In this document: piece by piece, positions 35,600 to 44,046 of the stretch
How the letters are laid out: each line of letters begins with the position of its first letter
Numbering within the stretch: the stretch's first letter is position 1
From: Octopus bimaculoides
Taxonomy: Eukaryota
Reading direction: 5' to 3'
Assembly (NCBI RefSeq): GCF_001194135.2
Contig: NC_068984.1
Location: forward strand, 10,966,308-11,010,353
DNA: 44,046 nt
Program-made: the position numbers and the translations under genes
The notes under the pieces: model-generated
What the model was told of the DNA's origin: nothing
The model's input: the letters and a program-made list of their open reading frames with translations, nothing else
Database searches by the model: none

Positions 35600-36970
35600 T
35601 ATCTTTTAGTTAAGAGGGAATACCGTACACATAACTGTTTACATGGCTTCTGAGACTGATGGGGAGGGAAGCAGGTATCCCCAAATCAGAGATCTGTCCC
35701 AAAAAGCTTGCAACAGAGTGGACCCTCCTAAAGGAACCGAAAGTGCCAGGTGGTGGTGTTAAAACAGGCTACAGATTAAGTGCACCATCCAAGTGGGCTA
35801 GAGTGGGATTTGAGTTCAGAACAAATATGACAAGGTAGCTGCTCCAACATTTTTATGCTTCTCCTCTAATACACTACCTTGGATTTGTACTTGATTATTA
35901 ACCCCACAAAAGGGTGAAAAACAAAGTTGACTTTACCAGGATTTGAAATCAGAGCATTCAAATAAGTTGCTACAATCACTAGAACACTGAACTACCTTTC
36001 TTTAAGCCTTCGTCCTCCATCTTCCTCTTAGTTTCAGAATTTATATAAAATTCCTAACAAGATTGATTCTGCTTTTTATTTTGCCCCAAAAATGCAGCAC
36101 CCAAGAATTTGTAAAATAAATACCAGTTATTGTTGTTCTTTCTCCCAAGCTGGCCCTGATAAAGCAAATTTATAAAGAATGGTATTCCAGCCATGCCAAT
36201 CTCATCATATTTTTTAAAACATAACATATAAATTTCCTTGTTGACCTGACTCTAAGAATATTTACTAACAATGGTGAAATCACAAATAAATTAATTAATG
36301 AAATGTTTTTTTAGAAGGGGGCTTCATGATGAACTTAAATAAAAATGAATTGTTGTTGTATAGCTCCAAGTTTGCCCAGATCAAGCAGACCTAGTCCTGT
36401 AATCAAAGACATTCTAGCCATGACTGCCTAATATTATTTTAAAACCTAATGTATCTAGGGATGTACTTTCCAATGAGTGCTTTTTTAAGACAATAAAATG
36501 TGATTTGAGGGAAATTTAGCTGCTATTTCTTTCAGATTTTGCAACTACAGAGAGTCCTTCACTTGATTGAAAAAGTACCAGTAATATTTGGGGTTAAATT
36601 CAACAGACCATTTCCTCCCTTGAACTGTAATCATTGTGCCCGAATGAGGAATATGGACTTCCTACTCCATATCCTTCATTCAGGGATGTGAACTTCTTAG
36701 AAGATACTTTTAGTGCGTGCAGTGTAAAATATTAAATTACATAGCACTTAGCCAAATATCTGCATCATATCATCATCACCATCATCATCATCATTCATTG
36801 TCATCATCATCATCTTAATCATCATTATCCTCAACATAATTATTAATGTTGCTATCACTTTGTTGTCAAAATGTGCAAGTGGAACAAATTATTATTATTA
36901 TTATTATTATTATTACAATTGTTATTTGCATTATTATTTTTAATTATTTTTGTTTTTACTCACCTTTCAG

Positions 36971-36982
36971 AACCATTTTATC
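36971..36982 (+). CDS. Candidate 12-nt microexon
   Basis: Long U-rich tract ending ttttactcacctttcag|AACCATTTTATC|gtaagt. Frame-preserving, with no stop in any phase. Confidence 0.25.
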
Positions 36983-38446
36983 GTAAGTAGAACTCATTGT
37001 TCATCTGTCATGTCAGTTGTTCCCATTTGAACTTGTATTGTGTGTGCATGCTGCATCTAATTTGCACCACATTGTGAAACTACATCTCACTTGTTCAGAC
37101 AGAACTAACCAAACAAAATTTCGTAAATTATTAAGCTAAGGTAGCTGCTGGCTTTTAAAATTGTTTCTTACAGTTACACCCTATCTGTCATGTAGTCTCT
37201 CCATGTGTGGCTGTTGATCGTATACATGGCACCATCTCGACCAATTTTCTGTCAGTTTTGATAAGTGCATGTGGCTGTTGGAAATGTGATATTGTTGTGG
37301 CAGTGACTAGAAATAACATGTACTCTTGACTATTGCAAGAATTCTATTTCAGTCGTCATCTTTTAAGCAACCATTCTAAGTGAATTATCTCTAATGTCAT
37401 AACAAATATGTATATCACAAATTTATCTAAGTAAATTCTTGTTTTGGGAGTTTACATAGATTTCATTGTCTTCAGTTATTTTGACAACATGTGTCAACCT
37501 TTAACTATAATATATTCATTTCTCAAAAGAAAAGAAGAAAATGGATTATTGCTTTGTGATTTTGTTTCTGTGTCTGTTTATCACAGAACAAAAAAACCTT
37601 TCAAATATGGAATTCTAAGGAAAATAAATGAAAGCAACAACTTTCTTTGATAATATGGTTTGTCCAATGACCTTAAGAATTCATAAATCTACAGAAAATA
37701 TTAGAAAAATAATGTTCCATAGGGTTACAGTAGTCCATATTACACTCATTTATCTTTGTGTATTATGAAAAACATTTTTTTTTTCTATTCAGTTTATTCT
37801 CTTCTCCAAGACATTCTGTTTCTTTCTCTTACATATTCTATTGTCTGGTAAGTGGGAAGTGATTGTTGTTTATTGTCTGGTTCTTTGCTGTTTGTGGCTG
37901 AGCTGATAAAATACTGTACTACTTAACTTATAGGTGTCATTTCAAATCCACTGCTTGCATTCTGATATATTTTGGCACAGGACATCATGTTCTTCATAGC
38001 CATAGTTTCTCAATTTGTTTGGAATAAACTGGGTCGTCTGTGAATGGTAATTTTGATAGATCAGCTTCGTCTCCAGGAAAACATAAATCACTCTCTCATT
38101 CCAAAAAGCCACAACTAAGCACTGACTGATTCTTAGTTCTTAAATTTAGAAGATTTTTAAAATTCTTTACATATTGCTGTTTGGATACCTCATTATGAAC
38201 TCAAAACTCTCCAGGAAAGATGGTTATGCAATGTCCAACCAGCTGTTGTGATCCATCATTTGAATTAGTGATATATATATATATAATATGTGTGTGTGTA
38301 TACAAGCTGATAGTACTCAGATTTTAGTTCTGTGATTTTGATTCTGATACTATTTTTGGTAATACAATATTTATCTACTTATCAGGGTTGTTTTACATCG
38401 ATTCTTTAATGTTGCTGTGGTTTGGACAACAATATTTTGCCACTAA

Positions 38447-38680
38447 GGGTGGCGTGCTGGCAGAATCGTTAGCACGCCGGGCGAAATGCTCAGCGGTATT
38501 TCATCTGCCGTTATGTTCTGAGTTCAAATTCCGCCGAGGTTGACTTTGCTTTTCATCCTTTCGGGGTCAATTTAAATAAGTACCAGTTTTGCACTGGGGT
38601 CAATGTAATCGACTTAATCCCTTTGTCTGTCCTTGTTTGTCCTCTCTATGTTTAGCCCCCTGTGGGCAACAAAGAAAAAA
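38447..38680 (+). mobile_element. SINE family C, young full-length copy, alternative tail
   Basis: Highly similar to 31748-31983. Confidence 0.9.
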
Positions 38681-39230
38681 CTATTTTGCCACTTGTCCCA
38701 AACTTTTAGTACACGCAACAACAGAAATAAAACCACTAATCTTAGTTATGTGTGTTATGCATTTTTGGTACGGATTTTTACTGCTGGTTGCCTTTCCTAT
38801 TACTAACCACTTTACAGCATGGTCTGAGTGCATTTTATTATGTCAGAAACACTACAGAAGTTGTTTGTCAGGTCTAAAAAGTCTTCTCCCTTATTTGAAG
38901 ATGGTGCTTTCCAGGTTGTGGAGTTAACATTCCTCCATTGCTTTCATAAATATTTGGTTATATATACTGTACATAGCTGTAGTGTGTTATTGTGATACTT
39001 GTGTTACATCACAAACTGGGTGTTATTATGTTGTTATATATGCAGTCTAAAGAAGGTGAACAAGCTAAAACTTTAAAGTCACTGTAAAAATTGAACAAAC
39101 ATGTACTCTGTGAAATTGTTTTCACATGTAACATGACATAAAAAGAAGCACACGTGTGTGTGTGTGTTATAGGTGTATACTAAATTGTTATGCATAAGTT
39201 GCTATACTGTAATTTTTCTATATATCTCTA

Positions 39231-40020
39231 TCTTGTGATGTTATGTCAGTGATGAAATGCTACACCAACCCCGCTATGTTGTGATGTGATGCCAGTATCT
39301 GAAGGCTCTACACTATTATTGTTGTTATATCAGTGAACTTACTAATGTTGCAATGTTATTATGTCAGTAATTGAACTACCACACCAGCCCACGATCTTGT
39401 CTCCTGTTCAGTGAATGAGTATTACACCAATCCACCATGTTGTCTTGTTACATCAGTGACTCTAATACCTACACTAATTCATCATCTTGTGATATTATGT
39501 CAGTGTTTCAGTTTACTCCAGTATTACTGTTATATCTGTGACTATTGTGATGTTTTGTCCATGACCAAGTATACTACATTAGGGTTATGGATTTGATATT
39601 ATCATATGATACTTAATCATCAATATAACTACATTACAGTTATGGATTGAATCATTGATTAGGAAGGTGCAGGGCTTAATGGGTAGGGTATTCAGCTCAT
39701 CATTGAAAGGTCGTGGTTTCAATACCCTACCCACTAAGTCCTGCATCTTCCTGATCAATGATTTAATCCATAACTGTAATGTAGTAATATTGATGATTAA
39801 CTATCATATGATAATACCATTATATTAATGATTTATTATTGTGTTGCTGTGATGTGTTTGTTATATCTACTTAGTGTTGCCCTTTGAGATTGTTATAATG
39901 TTATGATCAGTGGATTAGTACTGTGGCATTACATTGGTGCCTCGGTATTTGTTGCTGTGATGTCATTGCTTTATCTACTTTCTCAGTATTACCTGTGAGA
40001 TTATTTATGCTATTACCGAG
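39231..40020. repeat. Old degenerate minisatellite (about 25-50 bp units), interrupted by a hairpin
   Basis: At least eight units of (c/g)ttgtgatgttatgtcagtga...tacacca. Confidence 0.6.
39597..39816. repeat. Fold-back palindrome (96-bp arms, 28-nt loop) capturing a tRNA-SINE head
   Basis: The left arm end plus loop reads ggaaggtgcagggcttaatgggtagggtattcagctcatcattgaaaggtcgtggtttcaatac, which is homologous to the family D head. Confidence 0.85.
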
Positions 40021-40073
40021 ATGTACTTGCATAGCAAGTGACATGATCTGAGATCGTGTGCTGAAACAAAAAC

Positions 40074-40342
40074 AATTGCAGCATGGAAGGTGTTTATAAG
40101 CCATTTCAAAACACACAAAAACCATTAGATTCACTTCAACATTTAAATTCAATTTGTCAAAATATTTTCATCACTTTGAAACCGTGACCTGTTCACTGAG
40201 ATGCAGCACAGAATTTTGACAGTGAACAGGTCGCGGTCTCAAAGCGATGAAAATATTTTGGCAAATTAAATTTAAATGTTGAAGTGAATCTAACAGTCTT
40301 TGAGTTTTTAAATGGCTTATAAACATCTTTCATGCTGCAATT
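40074..40342. ncRNA. Fold-back element (about 124-bp arms) with hammerhead-like motif showing G3-C8 core covariation
   Basis: Plus: TTTGACA-GTGAACA(40222-28)-G-GTCGC ggtctcaaa GCGAT-GAAA(40249-52)-ATAT-TT-TGGCAAA. The minus arm has the same core. Confidence 0.5.
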
Positions 40343-40374
40343 ATTATGTTATTATCAGTGGATTGTCTTTTATC

Positions 40375-40742
40375 TTTTTTTCAGTCTTTAGATTGTGGCC
40401 ATGCTGGGGTACTGCTTTGGGGGATTTTTAGCCAAATGAATCTATCCCAGTACTTATTGTTTTAAGCCTCATACTTATCCTATCAGTGTTTTTTGCCAAA
40501 CCACTAAGTCACAGAGACATAAACACACTAATGCTGGTTGTCAGTCAGTGGTAGGAGACAAACAATGGCACAAAGGTACACACACACACACACATGACAG
40601 GCTTCTTTCAGTTTTCATCCACCAAATCCACTCACAAGGCTTTGGTTAGTCCAAGGCTGTGGTAGAAAGACACTTGCCCAAGATGTCATGCAGTGGGACT
40701 GAACCAAGAACCATGTGGTTGGAAAGCAAGCTTCTTACCACC
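40375..40742 (-). mobile_element. SINE family B
   Basis: Reverse complement of the full family B structure with (CA)n. Confidence 0.85.
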
Positions 40743-41312
40743 ATTATAACATTGCATTAGTCCCTTGGTCTTTGTGTGCTGTATTGCTACAGCACTATCA
40801 ATGTTTAAACTCTAGTATGCGCCAGATTCTCTCTTTACTCATGTGTCATCAGTTGATGTCATGATTGATGTTGATAATGGTGAGTGAGTGAAGATGAGTG
40901 ATGATTGATGGTATTAAAAACCTAAAATAGTCAAATAAAGAAAATTTTAATGAGTTATTTACAGAAAGAGAAATAAGGGTTTTATTAATTAAAAGTTAAT
41001 TAAAATAGGTTAATAGCAGAAGCATTCCCAACATGTGGAATTAAACTAGTCTGATGGTACTCATATTACGGCTGTCAATAATTAAAGATATATCATAGGA
41101 GTCAGTGCTTCAAGTGTACTTAAACACGTGTGTGTATTAGCAGTGAAGCTAACGTAAGTGAGAGTAGGCATTGTTGAAGGTCGGGAAATGAGAGAAATAG
41201 AAGTCAATGTGTTATAAAAGAGTGGATTGGATATCTGTGTGTGGATACATACATATATATATATATATATTATTAACCTTGAAGCTATATGCATAAATAT
41301 ATATATATATAA

Positions 41313-41465
41313 TATGAAAGAGAATAAAGAAGAAAATGGAGAAATTGCCATATAAGACATCAGTTTATTCAGAGATAGTCCAGTTAATATAATAATTGGA
41401 ATATCTTTGAATAAACTGATGTATGTATGTCAGTTTCTCCATTTTCTTCTTTATTCTCTTTCATA
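41313..41465. repeat. Fold-back palindrome (about 65-bp arms)
   Basis: tatgaaagagaataaagaagaaaatggagaaa... / ...tttctccattttcttctttattctctttcata. Confidence 0.85.
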
Positions 41466-41712
41466 AATATTTAAATATCAATATACATCAATGCAAAACT
41501 AATGTATTTAGTTTCTGCTGAACACTGAAATAAACCAGAGAACTAGGGTGCAAACATCCCTTAAAGGATTATAGGTCCTTGGCTTGATTAAATATATATG
41601 TATATATATATGACTCAGAGGTATAGAGCTTCCTGCCAAGTTTATCAAGAGTTTTTTAACTAGTGTTATGGTACAAAACTCTAGCCTCTTGAGCCACTTA
41701 TGTAGCTTAACA

Positions 41713-41722
41713 NNNNNNNNNN
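41713..41722. other. 10-N gap flanked by an exact 102-bp duplication (41611-41712 = 41937-42038)
   Basis: Direct comparison. Confidence 0.95.
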
Positions 41723-41730
41723 ATATATAA

Positions 41731-41908
41731 TCATCATCATCATGCTGGCATGGGTTGGACGGTTTGATTGAGGTCTAGAGAGCCAGCAGCTGCACCAGGC
41801 TCCAATCTGATCTGGCAATGTTTCTACAGCTGGATGCTCTTCCTAATGCCAACCACTCCAAGAGTGTAGTGGGTGTTTTTTGCCTGCCATTAGCACAGGA
41901 GCCAGTCA
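41731..41908 (-). mobile_element. SINE family A
   Basis: (CAT)n gctggcatgggttggacggtttg...ccaaccactccaagagtgtagtgggtg...ggagccagtc. Confidence 0.85.
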
Positions 41909-42186
41909 TATATATATATATATATGTATATATATATGACTCAGAGGTATAGAGCTTCCTGCCAAGTTTATCAAGAGTTTTTTAACTAGTGTTATGGTAC
42001 AAAACTCTAGCCTCTTGAGCCACTTATGTAGCTTAACAGCTAATAAATAATACATACACATACATTTAATCACACACACACATTTCTCTATCTGTTGAAT
42101 TTTGTTTCTCTCTTTTCATGGCCCTTTGTTCCTTCCTTACTTTCCCTAACCATGCATCATCTATTTGCAACTTTGGTGCCACATAC

Positions 42187-42268
42187 CAGACTTGCTTTGA
42201 TTCCATAATCAGAAACTCTGAGAGCATCCTCCAGTGGAGTCATGCCAGCCTTGTTTCTTTTACTGATA
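42187..42268 (-). CDS. Candidate exon encoding an ankyrin-repeat-like segment
   Basis: ISKRNKAGMTPLEDALRVSDYGIKASL (cf. INAKNKDGxTPLxxA) ends at CTG|GTATGT. The acceptor acactgccag is weak. A competing plus-strand exon overlaps it. Confidence 0.35.
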
Positions 42269-42740
42269 CTGGCAGTGTATCAGTTATGATAAGGGAGATG
42301 TAAGTGGACCATTAAAAAACCATAAGGATGGCAATATTAATCAGGTTTGATCCTTATTCCACGCTGCTCAAAACTGCGTATGGTCTAACCAAAGAGCATA
42401 TTTACATAGCAACACTAGGTATACACATGGCTATGACTTCTAATACTTATTCTTTCCTAACCCATGCTGTATTGGTTCTCTAGTTAATTAATGCAATATT
42501 TGTTTACTGTAGCTGCCTTTCTTCCACCATCTCCTCCACTGCATCTAAACTAAAAATATCAAAAGCAATTGGATGACTTGTATGGTCTCTCAGTGTTCTC
42601 AATATAGAACCTAATCACCAACACACGTTTTGCAGTGTTTATAAATGAGCACCACATGTCTCTAAGCATAAAATTTGGAACACACTCACAACAAAAACAG
42701 GGCAGTCACAGCTAAATACAGCAATTAATCAAATACTCAC

Positions 42741-43086
42741 NNNNNNNNNNNNNNNNNNNNNNNNNNNNNNNNNNNNNNNNNNNNNNNNNNNNNNNNNNNN
42801 NNNNNNNNNNNNNNNNNNNNNNNNNNNNNNNNNNNNNNNNNNNNNNNNNNNNNNNNNNNNNNNNNNNNNNNNNNNNNNNNNNNNNNNNNNNNNNNNNNNN
42901 NNNNNNNNNNNNNNNNNNNNNNNNNNNNNNNNNNNNNNNNNNNNNNNNNNNNNNNNNNNNNNNNNNNNNNNNNNNNNNNNNNNNNNNNNNNNNNNNNNNN
43001 NNNNNNNNNNNNNNNNNNNNNNNNNNNNNNNNNNNNNNNNNNNNNNNNNNNNNNNNNNNNNNNNNNNNNNNNNNNNNNNNNNNNNN
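42741..43086. other. Assembly gap flanked by an exact 53-bp duplication (42688-42740 = 43087-43139)
   Basis: Direct comparison. Confidence 0.95.
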
Positions 43087-43139
43087 ACAACAAAAACAGG
43101 GCAGTCACAGCTAAATACAGCAATTAATCAAATACTCAC

Positions 43140-43216
43140 TTTCACACTATAGGTTTGCTTCTTAAGAACTGACCAGGACAAACGGACAATAAATTTAGAA
43201 CCAGTAAAATGTCCAG
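43140..43216 (-). CDS. Candidate 77-nt internal exon
   Basis: aattttaagtttgtag|..(A)GHFTGSKFIVRLSWSVLKKQTYSVK|gtgagt. Only one frame is open; there is loose resemblance to the ankyrin GHLEVVKFLV motif. Confidence 0.3.
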
Positions 43217-43339
43217 CTACAAACTTAAAATTAAGCCACAGTCTATTTATCATTAAATATTTATATTTCTTGTTAAATAGACTGTGACTATGGGAGTTGT
43301 AACTTCTATAATCACAAACCAACATAGGAGCTTCTACGT

Positions 43340-43510
43340 CAGTGGTTCTCATCTGAGGTCTGTATAACTCCTGGGGGTCCTCATAAGATTTTGGTATTAA
43401 AATTTATATACAATAAACTGGTTTTTACTTCTACAATACACAAAATATTTAAACAATTCTTTAATACAATTCTTAATAATATTTAAGTATAAAAATATAA
43501 TGGGATATTT
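43340..43510 (+). mobile_element. hAT-like MITE left part
   Basis: Begins cagtggttctc...ggggtcc followed by an AT-rich body. Confidence 0.5.
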
Positions 43511-43519
43511 TAAACCATC

Positions 43520-43815
43520 AGGCATTTACCATACTCTGAACGTCTTGCTTCCCTGGGTATGGACACATTGAAACTCAGATGTCTGGCAACTGACTTGGTA
43601 GACACCCACAAGATTATCCACCATCTTTCTGATAACAACCTTAAACACCTTTTTGAATTCCATATGACAAACACTCATGAACATGCTCACAAAATCAAAA
43701 AACACAGCACCCATGACTTTTGGAAACATTTTTACACGCTCAGAATTGCTGAAGCATGAAATAAACCATCCGCGTCAGTCATTAGCTGTTGAGACACTAC
43801 ATCCTTGAAAACTTC
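43520..43815 (+). mobile_element. CR1-type LINE ORF2 C-terminal remnant
   Basis: RHLPYSERLASLGMDTLKLRCLATDLVDTHKII...TNTHEHAHKI...WKHFYTLRIAEA*NK.. matches the CR1 tail pattern Y.ERL..LGL.SL..RR...DLI..YKI...TRGH..K...RK.FF..RV...WN.LP. Confidence 0.8.
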
Positions 43816-44046
43816 CATCATCATCATCATCATCATCATCATCGTTTAACGTCCGCTTTCCATGCTAGCATGGGTTGGACAATTTGACTGAGGACTGGTG
43901 AAACCGGATGGCAACACCAGGCTCCAGTCTAATTTGGCAGAGTTTCTACAGCTGGATGCCCTTCCTAACGCCAACCACTCAGAGAGTGTAGTGGGTGCTT
44001 TTACGTGTCACCCGCACGAAAACGGCCACGCTCGAAATGGTGTCTT
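43816..44046 (-). mobile_element. SINE family A, young copy, cut by window end
   Basis: Reverse complement of positions 23-250 with two substitutions outside the tail. Confidence 0.9.

Noticed and set aside
43526-43729. 67-aa minus-strand ORF
   Set aside because: Antisense shadow of the CR1 remnant.

Overview
AT-rich eukaryotic (non-prokaryotic) scaffold sequence with six N-gaps. It is almost entirely intronic or intergenic in character. The repeat families look like those I recall from octopus genomes (inference, not database-checked). No complete gene, rRNA, true tRNA or CRISPR array is supported, and nearly all ORF-track entries are microsatellite or antisense shadows. Supported content: (1) four recurrent SINE-like families. 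(2) Decayed LINE pieces: an R4/Dong-type restriction-like endonuclease 3' end, an L2/CR1-type RT core and a CR1 C-terminus. (3) DNA transposon derivatives: a DD41D Tc1/mariner deletion derivative with TA TSD, a hAT MITE with 8-bp TSD, a hAT/Buster C-terminal remnant and TTAA-flanked piggyBac-like MITEs. (4) A few exon-like segments, one ankyrin-like. The most unusual signal is a set of at least eight unrelated fold-back palindromes. Four of them carry, in outward-pointing arms, motifs matching minimal type I hammerhead ribozymes (CTGAnGA-stem II-GAAA-palindromic loop-NUH), and one shows the compensatory G3-C8 core variant. SINE and LINE boundaries are by-eye estimates (about +/-10 bp); TSD, TIR and splice coordinates were counted from the sequence.
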